From an uncultured Friedmanniella sp. (GTDB taxonomy: Bacteria; Actinomycetota; Actinomycetes; Propionibacteriales; Propionibacteriaceae), in contig NZ_CAXTHG010000005.1 of the NCBI RefSeq assembly GCF_964244005.1, positions 106,832-170,831 on the forward strand: a stretch of DNA of 64,000 nucleotides, in the 5' to 3' direction. The position numbers and the translations under genes are program-made. This document shows, one piece after another, positions 46,380 to 56,281 of the stretch. The notes below the pieces were generated by a model. That model worked only from the letters and a program-made list of their open reading frames with translations, was not told where the DNA came from and did no database searches. The first letter of the stretch is position 1; the number at the start of each line of letters is the position of its first letter.

Positions 46380-47720
46380 ATGGCCGACGAGGCCGGCACC
46401 GCCGGCCTGGACCCAGAAGAGCCGGCGGCTGGTGACTCCGCGGCGGTGGTGGCGGGGCCAGTCGACGCACTGGTCGACGGGCTCGAAGATGCTCCTGGGC
46501 GCCGGAAGCGGGTCAAGCGGCTTCTGGTCGCGAACGGTGCGATCGCCGACGAGTACGCCCTTTCGGCGCTGTACCGGCGGGTCACCGAGCGCAGCGCGTG
46601 GCTGGTCGACGCGTCGACCGCGTCGTTGGCCGTGATCGGCACGACCGAGCAGCCGCTGGAGGTCCTGCGGGCCAGCGGTGGGGAGGCCGCGGTGACGGTG
46701 CCGCTGACCCCAGCCGACGAGCGGGCCGTGGCGGCGCTCGCCCGGTCCCTCGAAGGAAAACAGGTCCGCCGACTGTCCTGGCCGCGCCCCACGCCCGGCA
46801 TGACCCTGCCGTGGCGCTCGGGAGCGATGGTCGTACCCCTGCACTACCGCAGCGAGCTGCTCGGGGTCTTGGTGGTGGAGGCTCCTGCCGGCCGCCGGTT
46901 CACCCCGGTGGATCGTGAGGCACTGGCGAGCTATGCCGTCACCGCGGCTGTCGCCATCGAGAACGCCCGGACGTACGAGCAGTCACGGCGGCGCCAGGAC
47001 TGGTTGACCGAGGCCACGGATCTGGTGAACGGACCGCTGGCGACGGCCGGCATCGAGGGTGGCCTGCGGCTCATCGCCGAGAGCATCTGCAGGCTCGCCG
47101 ACGCCAATCAGGTCCTGCTCTGGCCCGACACGGCGACGCAACGGGTCCTGGCCGCCGGGTCTGAGGCGGCCAGCGCGCACGAGCTGGAGGTCCCGCTGGA
47201 GCCGCGAGAGCCGATGGTGGCCGCGGCTCGGCGTGGCCACCGCGGGCTGGTGACGACCGCCCCTGCGCATCCCCACGCGCCGCTGACCCGCACCCTGGCC
47301 AGCCTGAGACTTGGGCCGGTCCTGCTCGTCAGCTGGGCCGCGGGGGACAGCACGAGGTTCATGGTGATCGGCCGGCGGCGGGGGCGGACGCCGTTCTCCG
47401 AGTTCGACCTCGATCTGGCCACCGCCTTCGCCGCTCAGATGCAGACGGCGCTGGAGCTCCAGCAGGCGCGGCTGATCATGCAGCGCTACAGCGTGATCGA
47501 GGACCGTGAGCGGATCGCGAGCAGGCTGCGTGACGACGTGGTCCCCGACCTCTTCGCGGCCGGGCTCACGCTGCAGGGTCTGCGCTCGCTCGTGCCGGCC
47601 GCCCGCCTACGGGCCAAGCTCGACGAGGCGGTCCAGCTCATCGACACCAGCATCGTCGCCCTTCGACGCTCGATCTTCGCGCTCCGGACCGACCTGGAGA
47701 AGGACCCGGACGAGGGGTGA
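46380..47720 (+). CDS. Double-GAF protein with degenerate HisKA_3 helix and no HATPase domain (DosT/DevS-like pseudokinase)
   Basis: Two GAF-like regions (AAVAIENAR..EQSRRRQDWL); ERIASRLRDDVVPDLFAAGLTLQG; stop shortly after the DHp. Confidence 0.75.
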   Translation: MADEAGTAGLDPEEPAAGDSAAVVAGPVDALVDGLEDAPGRRKRVKRLLVANGAIADEYALSALYRRVTERSAWLVDASTASLAVIGTTEQPLEVLRASGGEAAVTVPLTPADERAVAALARSLEGKQVRRLSWPRPTPGMTLPWRSGAMVVPLHYRSELLGVLVVEAPAGRRFTPVDREALASYAVTAAVAIENARTYEQSRRRQDWLTEATDLVNGPLATAGIEGGLRLIAESICRLADANQVLLWPDTATQRVLAAGSEAASAHELEVPLEPREPMVAAARRGHRGLVTTAPAHPHAPLTRTLASLRLGPVLLVSWAAGDSTRFMVIGRRRGRTPFSEFDLDLATAFAAQMQTALELQQARLIMQRYSVIEDRERIASRLRDDVVPDLFAAGLTLQGLRSLVPAARLRAKLDEAVQLIDTSIVALRRSIFALRTDLEKDPDEG

Positions 47721-48025
47721 CGAGAGACTCTCCAGCAGTGCTCGACCCTGAGCCGATCGGCCAGTCCGGCAGCAGCAGGACGACCTCGGATCGGCCGCTG
47801 CGGAGAGCCCGGGCCGCTGCTGAGGACAGGTAGCCGAGCTCGGCGGCGGCGGTGTGGGGCGTCGGGGACGAGCGCTCGATTCTCCCGGTTCGCGCGGACG
47901 GAGGGCGCTCGCACTCGGCCGTCAGCCTTGCCAGGGGCCAGAAAACGTCTTTAGATTACGTACGCGCGCAGATGCGCGCTTCACTGGCGAGTTCAGTCGG
48001 TGCCACAGCGTCCGAAGGAGTACGC

Positions 48026-49351
48026 ATGAGCAGCTCAGGTCCCTACGACGAGCGTCCCCCGACATCTGACACGCAGGGCGGGGTCGGCGTCCAGGATCCG
48101 CACCAGCACCACTGGTTCGATGTCCCCACCAAGGAGGTCGGACCGCGCTACGTCGGCGGACTGGTCTTTGCCCAGCTGATCTTCTTCATCGCTCTGCTGG
48201 GGCCGGCGATCGTCGGTATCGGCCTGAAGGTGCAGTCGGCGATCCCGCCGGCACAGCAGATCACCGCCGTGGGCATCATCGCCGGGTTTGGCGCGCTGTT
48301 CGCCGTGATCGGCAACGTGTTGTTCGGTCGGCTCTCGGACCGGACCGCCTCCCGCTTCGGTCGGCGTCGCCCCTGGATCGTGGGCGGTACGGTCGTGATG
48401 ACACTGGCCTTCGTCGTGATGGCGCTGGGCCAGAACGTCGCCGTGATCACGGCCGGCTGGTGCCTGGCGCAGCTCGGCGCGAACGCGACGCTCGCTCCGT
48501 TCGTCGCCACGATCTCCGACCAGGTGCCCAAGTTCCAGCGGGGCAGCGTGTCCGCCCTGCTGGGGATCGCGCAGAACGTCGGCATCCTCGGCGGCACGTT
48601 CCTCGCCCAGCTGTTCAAGGACCACCTGGTGGTCCTGTTCGTGGTGCCCTCGATCTTCGCGATCGGGGCGATGCTGCTCTTCGCCGTGATCCTGCCTGAC
48701 CAGAGGCTGAAGGTGAAGCCGCCCAAGATGACGGGTCGGGAGTGGCTCGAGACGCTCTGGCTGAACCCGGTCAAGTTTCCCGACTTCGCCCTCGCCTGGT
48801 GGTCGCGGTTCTTGATCACGCTGGCCACCTTCATGTTCACCACCTTCCGGCTGTTCTACCTCCGCGACGAGCTCGGTCTGGCCGAGAGCGCCGCGCCCGC
48901 CGCGGTCACGTTCGGCGTCTTGATCTACACCATCGCCCTGGTCGCTTCGGGCTGGGTGGCCGGCAAGATCTCCGACCGCACCGGTCGCCGCAAGTTCCTG
49001 GTCGCCGGTTCGACGCTGCTGTTCGGCGTCGGGATCGTGCTGCTGGCGCACGTGTCGACGCTGAGCGGTTTCTACGTGGTCGAGGCGATCCTGGGCTTCG
49101 CGTACGGGATCTACGTCGGCGTCGACCTCGCCCTGGTCATCGACGTCCTGCCCAACCCCGACGACGCCGGTAAGGACCTCGGCGTGTTCAACATCGCCAA
49201 CGCCCTGCCCCAGAGCGTGGCGCCGGCCATCGGTGCGATCCTGCTGGGGGTGGGTGCCGGCTCGACGAACTACGAGCTCCTGCTCTACACAGCAGGCGCC
49301 GCCGCCCTGATCGGTGCCCTGGTCGTGCTCCCGATCAAGAAGGTCCGGTGA
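48026..49351 (+). CDS. MFS transporter
   Basis: GRLSDRTASRFGRRRPW, GKISDRTGRRK, LGVFNIANALPQ; GAAGGAG RBS. Confidence 0.92.
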   Translation: MSSSGPYDERPPTSDTQGGVGVQDPHQHHWFDVPTKEVGPRYVGGLVFAQLIFFIALLGPAIVGIGLKVQSAIPPAQQITAVGIIAGFGALFAVIGNVLFGRLSDRTASRFGRRRPWIVGGTVVMTLAFVVMALGQNVAVITAGWCLAQLGANATLAPFVATISDQVPKFQRGSVSALLGIAQNVGILGGTFLAQLFKDHLVVLFVVPSIFAIGAMLLFAVILPDQRLKVKPPKMTGREWLETLWLNPVKFPDFALAWWSRFLITLATFMFTTFRLFYLRDELGLAESAAPAAVTFGVLIYTIALVASGWVAGKISDRTGRRKFLVAGSTLLFGVGIVLLAHVSTLSGFYVVEAILGFAYGIYVGVDLALVIDVLPNPDDAGKDLGVFNIANALPQSVAPAIGAILLGVGAGSTNYELLLYTAGAAALIGALVVLPIKKVR

Positions 49352-49427
49352 CCGCCGTGCCCGAGGTCGACCAGCAGCGGCGGGTCCCGTCCGTCCAGAC
49401 ATCGAACCAGATCAGGAGCACCACGCC

Positions 49428-49787
49428 ATGAGTGTCTGCGTTGCCGTGACCGACAACAGGGAGGGCCAAGCCGCCCTCGTAGCGGCGGGCCTGGAGGCGG
49501 CCCAGCTGAACGTCCCGCTGGTGGCGGTCAACCTCACCGCAGGCGACCTCGACACCGCCGACATCGCCGCGCACGTACTGCTCGAGGTCGTCGTACCGGC
49601 TGCTTCGAGCCTCGACGAGGTGGAGCAGGTGCTCCAGGTGCTCGACAACCGCCCCGAGATCACCCGGCTCGTCGTGGGGGTGCGCAAGCGTTCTCCCGTC
49701 GGCAAGGCCGTCCTGGGCAGCATCGCGCAGCGACTCATCCTCGAGGCGACCCTTCCCGTGCTGTGCGTCAGGGCCACTGACGGCTGA
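49428..49787 (+). CDS. Universal stress protein (single USP domain)
   Basis: LVVGVRKRSPVGKAVLGSIAQRLILEA..PVLCV. Confidence 0.88.
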   Translation: MSVCVAVTDNREGQAALVAAGLEAAQLNVPLVAVNLTAGDLDTADIAAHVLLEVVVPAASSLDEVEQVLQVLDNRPEITRLVVGVRKRSPVGKAVLGSIAQRLILEATLPVLCVRATDG

Positions 49788-49906
49788 GGGTGGGGGACCG
49801 TCGGACGCCGAGCAGGCCGGACAGCGATGCCCGACGCGCTATCCTGGGAGCCCTCGTGCGCCACAGTCGACGCTGCCTCACCCGCAACGTTCCCAGGAGC
49901 CCGACC

Positions 49907-50398
49907 ATGAGTACCTCTTTGTCCGCCAGTGCTGTTCCGCCACGCCGGGTGCTGTTCGTCGGCGACGACGCGACCTCCCCCCAGATCGCCGCCAGCCTGT
50001 TGCGCGATGCTGCGGGGGACCGGGTCACGGTCGATACGGCGGCGACGCAGCCCATCGAGCCCGGCGGACGCTCGGACGAGATGTTGGTGGCCATGGGCCT
50101 CAACCCGGCCGAGGAGAAGCGGCTGAGCACCGGAGCGCTCTACACCGCCGACCGGGTGGTCGTCCTCGGTACCGACATCGACGTGGCCCGACTCCCCGGT
50201 CCCCGCTACGAGGAGTGGGACCTTGCCCACGAGGACCTCCTCGCCCGGGTCCAAGCGCTCAGCGAGGACCTGACCAGCGTGCTGACCCCGAGACCGCGTG
50301 GTTCGGCGGTCGTGGACCGGCTGCGCGCGCTGCTCAGACATCGCCAGCTGCGTCGGCGTCCGTCGTCCGCGGCGGCGGTCCTGACGGACTCAGACTGA
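49907..50398 (+). CDS. LMW-PTP/ArsC-fold protein lacking the catalytic CX5R loop
   Basis: RVLFVGDDATSPQIAASLLR...V.VDTA.T.P, M..MG, ADRVVVLG, PG.RYEEWDL. Confidence 0.7.
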   Translation: MSTSLSASAVPPRRVLFVGDDATSPQIAASLLRDAAGDRVTVDTAATQPIEPGGRSDEMLVAMGLNPAEEKRLSTGALYTADRVVVLGTDIDVARLPGPRYEEWDLAHEDLLARVQALSEDLTSVLTPRPRGSAVVDRLRALLRHRQLRRRPSSAAAVLTDSD

Positions 50399-50693
50399 AC
50401 CTCCACCACACTGCACCCGTGGCATCGACAGCTCGACCCCAGGTCAGCGCGGCTTCCCAGGTGGCTGCAGCGCCGTCGAGGTCGCCGCTGCTGACGTCCC
50501 AGCAGTAGCGGTCGGGCGTCCGCGAACTGCGACAGCCGGCAGGTGTCGTGCGGCGCGCGCACCAAGTTCACGAGACCAACCGGACGCGTGGGGTCGGCAG
50601 AACCGGTGGTGCGGCGCCTGGGACACGCGCCGGCGACCCCGCGCAGCCGGCCCAGGGGTTGTCGGGAGGCCCGAGCGCGAGTTGGGTGGGGGC

Positions 50694-52022
50694 ATGACGC
50701 TGACCACGAGACCGGGAGCTGCCACGGCGTACGGGACCGAGCCGGGTGACCCTGACCGGGCCGCCTTCCTCGGCGGGCCGGGCGAGCGGCTGACCCCCGA
50801 GCAGGTCACCAGCTTCGTCGCCTCCGCCCTGGCCGCCGCCGACGTCGACGGTGCGTCGGTCTGCCTGGTCGTGCCGGACGGCACCCGGACCTGTCCGCTG
50901 CCCCTGCTGCTGGCCGCCGCCCGGGACGCACTCGCAGGCCGCGCCCGGCAGGTCACCGTGGTGATCGCTCTCGGCACCCACCAGGGAATGAGCGAGGACC
51001 AGCTCGCCCGGCACCTCGGCTACGACCCAGGCGACAGCGAGGCGACGTATCCCGGCTGGCGGATCCTGAACCACGAGTCCTGGCTGCCCGAGACGTTCAC
51101 CACGCTCGGCACGATCGGGCCCGAACGGATGGCCGAGCTGACCGGCGGGCTGATGAACGACCTGTCGGTGGACGTCCGGATCAACCGCCACGTCGCCGAG
51201 GCGGACGTGGCGATCGTGGTCGGGCCGGTCTTTCCGCACGAGGTCGTCGGCTTCTCCGGCGGCAACAAGTACTTCTTCCCCGGCGTCTCGGCTGCTGAGC
51301 TGATCGACCTGTCGCACTGGGTCGGCGCGCTGATCACCAGCGCAGAGATGATCGGGACCCGCGGTGTCACCCCGGTGCGGGCGCTGGTCAACGAAGCGGC
51401 GACGATGATCCCGGCCCGGCGGCTGGCGCTCTGCCTCGTGGTCGCGTCCGGCACCGACACCTTGCACGCGGCCGCCTTCGGCACCCCCGAGGACGCGTGG
51501 GCCGCCTGCGCCGCCGTCTCGGCCGAGACGCACGTGTCCTACCGCGACGCACCGGTTCGGCGGGTGCTGTCGATCATGCCGACCAAGTACGAGGACATCT
51601 GGACCGCGGCCAAGGGGTTCTACAAGCTCGAGCCGATCGTGGCCGACGGCGGCGAGGTGATCATCTACGCCCCACACATCACCCAGATCTCGGTGATGCA
51701 CCCCCACATCGCCGAGATCGGCTACCACAACCGGGACTACTTCCTCGGCCAGTGGGAGCGGTTCCGCGACCAGCCGTGGGGCGACCTCGCGCACTCCACC
51801 CACCTCCGCGGCCAGGGCACCTGGAGCCCCGAGGCCGGGGAGCGCAACCGGGTGACGGTCACTCTCGCCACCGGCATCCCCGAAGACGTCGTCCGCAGCG
51901 TCAACCTGGACTACCTCGACCCCGCCGCGGTCGACGTCGCCACGTACGAGGCCGACCCGGACACCTTCGTCGAGCCCCATGCCGGGGAGGTCCTCTACCG
52001 CCTCCGGCCCCGCGCGCCCTGA
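50694..52022 (+). CDS. Lactate racemase (LarA) family nickel-pincer-dependent racemase/epimerase
   Basis: VVPDGTR, IALGTH, NHESW, FPHEVVGFSGGNKYFFPG, SHW, WTAAKG match the LarA catalytic His/Lys positions. Confidence 0.85.
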   Translation: MTLTTRPGAATAYGTEPGDPDRAAFLGGPGERLTPEQVTSFVASALAAADVDGASVCLVVPDGTRTCPLPLLLAAARDALAGRARQVTVVIALGTHQGMSEDQLARHLGYDPGDSEATYPGWRILNHESWLPETFTTLGTIGPERMAELTGGLMNDLSVDVRINRHVAEADVAIVVGPVFPHEVVGFSGGNKYFFPGVSAAELIDLSHWVGALITSAEMIGTRGVTPVRALVNEAATMIPARRLALCLVVASGTDTLHAAAFGTPEDAWAACAAVSAETHVSYRDAPVRRVLSIMPTKYEDIWTAAKGFYKLEPIVADGGEVIIYAPHITQISVMHPHIAEIGYHNRDYFLGQWERFRDQPWGDLAHSTHLRGQGTWSPEAGERNRVTVTLATGIPEDVVRSVNLDYLDPAAVDVATYEADPDTFVEPHAGEVLYRLRPRAP

Positions 52023-52217
52023 GCGAGAGGGCGCCGCTGACGGCTGCCCCCGCTCACACGCCTTCGAGGCGTCCGCCACGAGATCCATCGTCGGGTCAGC
52101 CTGGTCGCCCTCGACGAGCTCGGGACGCGTTGGCCAGTCCTTCCTGGAAAGACTCGGGCCCGCGCTGAGCGGCAACAAGCGGCAAGGGGTGGCCGGCCAT
52201 CGGCCCGGGTCAGCAAG

Positions 52218-52394
52218 ATGGCGTACGTGCCCACTCCAGCCAAGCTCTGCCTGCATCCCGATCGCCTGCTACCCGCCGACCCGGTGCTGCGCCGGCACCT
52301 GGTCTCGGAGACGGCCCGGATGGTCTGCGACGACGGCCCGACCACCTTCCACGACCTCCTCGCCACCCACCCGCGACGGGCCTTCCGGCTGTGA
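52218..52394 (+). pseudogene. uxaC: Glucuronate isomerase remnant with in-frame internal deletion (58 aa)
   Basis: Reads MAYVPTPAKLCLHPDRLLPADP (UxaC N-terminus)...DLLATHPRRAFRL* (UxaC C-terminus); GTGA overlap with the next gene. Confidence 0.7.
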
Positions 52395-53779
52395 CCGGGC
52401 CCGCCCCCCGGCTGTCCCGCTCCCTACCCGGCACCTCCGCCGCCGCCCCCGTCCGGCTGGTGCACCTCGGCCTCGGCAACTTTCACCGTGCCCACCAGGC
52501 CTGGTACACCGCCCACGCCTCGGACTCCGCCGAGTGGGGAATCGCGGCCTTCACCGGTCGGTCCCCGGCGGCGGCCGAGGCGCTGGCGCCGCAGGACGGC
52601 CTCTACACGTTGCTCACCCGCGGTCGCGACGAGGACACCGTGGAGCTGGTCGGGTCGCTGTCGGCCGTGCACCCGGTGGGTGACCACGAGGCGCTGCTCG
52701 GCTACCTGGCCCGGCCCGAGGTTGCCGTCGTCACCATCACCGTCACCGAGGCGGGCTACCTCCAAGGCCCAGACGGGCGCCTCGACGCCGACCGGGACGT
52801 GGTCGGTGACGACGTCGCGAAGCTGCGGTCCGACCCTCGGGCGGTCGTCACCTCGCTGCCCGCGCGCCTGGTGGCGGGCCTGCTCGCCCGCCGAGCCGCC
52901 GGAGCCGGTCCGATCACCGTGCTGTCGTGCGACAACCTGCCCGACAACGGCGCGGTGACCCAGACCGTCGTCCGCGACCTCGCCGCCCTCGTCGACCACA
53001 CACTGGTCGGCTGGGTGGACGGCCACGTCGACTTCGCCACCTCGATGGTGGACCGGATCACCCCGGCCACCACCGACGAAGACCGGGCGCTGGTGGCCCA
53101 GCGCTGCGGCTGGATCGACGCCGCGCCGGTGCCCACCGAGCCGTACCACGCGTGGGTGGTGGCCGGTACCTTCCCGGCGGGCCGGCCCCGCTGGGAGGAC
53201 GCCGGGGTCACGCTCGTGGATGACGTCACCCCGTTCGAGCAGCGGAAGCTCTGGCTGCTGAACGGCTCGCACTCGCTGCTGGCCTACGTCGGCAGCATCC
53301 GGGGCCACGCCACGATCGACGAGGCCATCGCCGACCCGTCCTGCCGGGCCTGGGTGGAGAGCTTCTGGGACGAGGCCGGTCGGCACCTCACCGTCTCCGC
53401 CGACGACGTCGCCGCCTACCGCGCCGCGTTGGCGGACCGGTTCGCCAACCCGCGGGTCCGGCACCGGCTCGCGCAGATCGCCGCGGACGGTTCGCAGAAG
53501 CTGCTCGTCCGTACGGTGCCCGTTCTAGCCGCCGAACGCGCCGCCGGCCAGCTGCCGGTCGGCTGCGCCACCACGGTGGCGGCCTGGGTGCTGCACCTGC
53601 GTGGGCGCGGCGCTCCCGTCCAGGACCCGGGGGCAGGCCACAAGGCCCTGGCCGCCGCGACGCAGCCCGACCTGCCGACGGCGGTCCGGGACGTGCTCGA
53701 CCTGCTCGAGGAGGGCCGAGGCGTCGACGTCCCGTTCGTCGACGCCGTGCTCGGGCAGGTACGGGCGATCGAGGGCTGA
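52391..53779 (+). CDS. uxuB: Mannitol dehydrogenase family protein (fructuronate/tagaturonate reductase-like)
   Basis: VHLGLGNFHRAHQA, TVTEAGY, LSCDNL, SMVDRITP, FEQRKLWLLNGSH, RFANP, IAADGSQKL. Confidence 0.85.
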   Translation: MTGPAPRLSRSLPGTSAAAPVRLVHLGLGNFHRAHQAWYTAHASDSAEWGIAAFTGRSPAAAEALAPQDGLYTLLTRGRDEDTVELVGSLSAVHPVGDHEALLGYLARPEVAVVTITVTEAGYLQGPDGRLDADRDVVGDDVAKLRSDPRAVVTSLPARLVAGLLARRAAGAGPITVLSCDNLPDNGAVTQTVVRDLAALVDHTLVGWVDGHVDFATSMVDRITPATTDEDRALVAQRCGWIDAAPVPTEPYHAWVVAGTFPAGRPRWEDAGVTLVDDVTPFEQRKLWLLNGSHSLLAYVGSIRGHATIDEAIADPSCRAWVESFWDEAGRHLTVSADDVAAYRAALADRFANPRVRHRLAQIAADGSQKLLVRTVPVLAAERAAGQLPVGCATTVAAWVLHLRGRGAPVQDPGAGHKALAAATQPDLPTAVRDVLDLLEEGRGVDVPFVDAVLGQVRAIEG

Positions 53780-53979
53780 CCGGCAGCCGCGAAGAACGGT
53801 GTCCAGACCGTGGTTCTTCGACGGGTACGCCTTCGGCGCCCGTGCCGCCCGGCGGCTCCGCCAGCTGTCGCTCCCGCACGAGTCGACCCGGAGGAGAAGA
53901 GCACGCAGACAGCGCGACTCCCTGGGGATTCCCGCAGCGATCGGGTGCAGCCTGGGGCAGAACGGGTAGGAGGACTCTC

Positions 53980-54186
53980 ATGACCGAAGCCGAGATGCCG
54001 CAGGACCCGCGCACGATGACCGACGAGGAGCTCGCGGAGGTGCCCGTGCCGCCGCCGCCGGCCGATCCCGACCAAGGTTCCGCGCCGGTCGTCGAGGACG
54101 AGTACGCCGAGGGTGACACCAACGCCCCGGACGGCGCCCAGCGGGACGCGCCGGCCGGGGAGGACTACGCGGGCAGCGGGTTCTGA
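53980..54186 (+). CDS. Small acidic, Pro-rich hypothetical protein (68 aa)
   Basis: AGGAGG RBS before ATG 53980. Confidence 0.7.
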   Translation: MTEAEMPQDPRTMTDEELAEVPVPPPPADPDQGSAPVVEDEYAEGDTNAPDGAQRDAPAGEDYAGSGF

Positions 54187-54214
54187 GCCGCCTGGCGGTT
54201 CAGGCGGCTGTGGT

Positions 54215-54499
54215 TCAGCCGGCCTGGTAGGACAGGCAGTCGGCGTTGGCGGCGGTGAAGCCGACGGAGATCGAGGGGGCGTGGCACTCGAGCGACGCGT
54301 TGTGGACACAGTCCTGGCGCTGACAGGCACCGACCTGGGCGACGACGTCGAGGCCGCCCTTCTCGTTCAGGGACAGGAACGTCCCGCAGGCCGCGGCGGA
54401 GTCGATGTTGACGGCGAAAGCGTGACAGCCGTCGTGGTTGTACGCACAGGCCGTCGCCGTGCAGTCGCTCACCTGCGGCATCTCGAGCATGCTGGTCAT
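54215..54499 (-). CDS. DUF1540 family Cys-rich protein
   Basis: Two V..C....C.(Y/H)N....C.A..I......C.(T/S)(F/Y) repeats; GAGGAG RBS. Confidence 0.85.
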   Translation of the reverse strand: MTSMLEMPQVSDCTATACAYNHDGCHAFAVNIDSAAACGTFLSLNEKGGLDVVAQVGACQRQDCVHNASLECHAPSISVGFTAANADCLSYQAG

Positions 54500-54843
54500 G
54501 GGGGTCTCCTCGGTCGGGACGGAACGTCGATGCTGACGAAAGTAAGCCTCTTCTGCGTGCAGGGATAGCCAGGCGAGGCTCGGCTAACTTGTCCACGGCA
54601 GGCTTCCAGATGACGAAAATCACCGCTCGAGCTGACCCCGGAGCAGCGGTTGAGCAGCGCGATGAGCTCCGGGGTCGCGGACGCGGCCCGCAACGGCTGA
54701 CCGCACGAGCAGGTCTGCAGCATCCGCTGGCACCCGTCCAGCTCGATCCGGTGTCGAGGCCGGGCAGCGTGGCGACCTGCTCGACGCCGCGGTCCTGCTG
54801 GGTCTTCACGTCGTGGTCGAGGCCGCGGCGGACGGCCGAGCCC

Positions 54844-55245
54844 CTAGCGGGCGCGGCCGCGGAGGGCGGCCAGCAACAGCCAGACCACGCCGGCCGTGAG
54901 CAGCATCGCGCCTGGGACGTGGATGTAGAGGGTGTCGTAGCCGCCGATCGCTGCCTGCACGAAGCCGTAGCCGAAGACGACCACAGCCAGGGCAGCGACG
55001 CCGATGGTGGTGCGGCCCTGCCGCCACAGCAGGACGGCGGCGATGGCCGCGATGCCGCTGACCACGTGGAGGGCGATCGCCCCGGCCGCGTGCAGCCCGT
55101 CGGGGCCACCGGAGGGGAAGAGCTGGCCCGCGGTGACGAACTGGAAGAGCACGTCGAGCACGGCTAGGGCCGCGAAGACCTGCAGGACGCGCAGCAGCGG
55201 ACTCGGTGCGGTCGTGGGCGCGGTGGCGGCAGCGGTCTGGGCCAT
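54844..55245 (-). CDS. Small four-TM membrane protein
   Basis: Four hydrophobic helices with conserved-looking His residues (LHAAG..ALH, IHVPG). Confidence 0.7.
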   Translation of the reverse strand: MAQTAAATAPTTAPSPLLRVLQVFAALAVLDVLFQFVTAGQLFPSGGPDGLHAAGAIALHVVSGIAAIAAVLLWRQGRTTIGVAALAVVVFGYGFVQAAIGGYDTLYIHVPGAMLLTAGVVWLLLAALRGRAR

Positions 55246-55439
55246 GGTGGTCCTATCTGCGGGGAAGGGGTCAGGTGACGTGTGCGCGTCCAGCATTGCG
55301 GGCCGCGCCCCGAAGACCAACTCGATCACCTGTGCGGCGCGCCGGTGGTCCGCGAGCGGCCAGCTGTTTGAGCCGGTGGCGGACGGGCATCGGAGGGGAT
55401 GCACGGCGGACTGGCCGCCGCGACGACGAGGAGGACCCC

Positions 55440-55607
55440 ATGGGACTGGATGACCTGAAGAACGAGCTGACCGGCGAGGGTGTCGAGAAGGCCAGCGACG
55501 CTGGCATCGAGAAGGCCGGCGACGTCGTCGAGACCAAGACCGGCGGTAAGGGCGAGGCGCAGATCGACAAGGGCGAAGACGTCCTGGACGCCAAGATCGG
55601 CGAGTAG
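55440..55607 (+). CDS. MT0933/Rv0909-like small 'antitoxin' family protein
   Basis: GAGGAGG RBS; MGLDDLK...SDAGIEKAGD.VETKTGGK...QIDKG.D. Confidence 0.7.
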   Translation: MGLDDLKNELTGEGVEKASDAGIEKAGDVVETKTGGKGEAQIDKGEDVLDAKIGE

Positions 55608-55680
55608 CACCGTCCGACCGGCTTGTCAGACCCGTGTCGGCCTCTGGGTCGGCCCGCGTCCGGCAAGCCGGGGTCGGCGG

Positions 55681-56145
55681 TCAGTGGCGGCGCCAGCCGC
55701 CGAGGTCGAGCGTCTCGACCCGCGGCGCGTACCGCCCGCTGGGCCGACCTGCCGCCGCGACCACCTCGTCGGGGACGCGGAGCTCCTCAGGCCCGACCGT
55801 ACCGACGACAGCCGGGACGGTGTCGCCGATCTCGGCCAGCTCGGCCAGCAGCTGACCGTAGGCGATCCGGTTGCCGATCTGCCGGACCGCGGACTGGTGG
55901 CTGTCCTCAGCCAGGATCCGCCGTAACCGCGCGACGTGACCGACCAGACGCTCCCGTCGCAGGGCCTGGTAGAGGTCGACGGCTTCCTGGTCGGGCTCGG
56001 GGTCGGCGGTGAGCCGAGCTCCGGCCCACTCGCCCAGTCGGCCCAGCGCCCGGGTCGCAGCCGGGGCCTGGAGAAGGAACAGCACGACCAGCAGGCCGGC
56101 GAGGAGCACCCAGGCGACCGTGTCGTGATATCCGTCCACCGCCAC
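55681..56145 (-). CDS. Hypothetical protein with N-terminal TM helix
   Basis: GAGGAG RBS, coding-style ORF. Confidence 0.65.
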   Translation of the reverse strand: MAVDGYHDTVAWVLLAGLLVVLFLLQAPAATRALGRLGEWAGARLTADPEPDQEAVDLYQALRRERLVGHVARLRRILAEDSHQSAVRQIGNRIAYGQLLAELAEIGDTVPAVVGTVGPEELRVPDEVVAAAGRPSGRYAPRVETLDLGGWRRH

Positions 56146-56281
56146 TCCTCGACATCGAAGACCGGTCCGGGCAGGGACGGGTCTCTCGCCGCCAGCTCCC
56201 GTTCATCGCCAGGTTAGCCCTCGGCCTCCGGATCCAGCCGCCCCCGCAGAAACCGTCAGCTCCCGTCCCTAGCATCGCGAC

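Noticed and set aside
47939-47953. Possible LacI-type operator (AAAACGTCTT) upstream of the MFS gene
   Set aside because: Single imperfect site and no LacI gene in the window.
50400-50690. Intergenic region before the LarA gene examined for a small ORF or RNA
   Set aside because: No recognisable motif, RBS-linked ORF or RNA structure.
54500-54840. Possible gene remnant on the minus strand between the DUF1540 and membrane-protein genes
   Set aside because: Fragments are coding-like, but I could not tie them to any family.
55440-55607. Toxin-antitoxin module implied by the 'antitoxin' family name
   Set aside because: No adjacent toxin-like ORF; this family commonly occurs alone.
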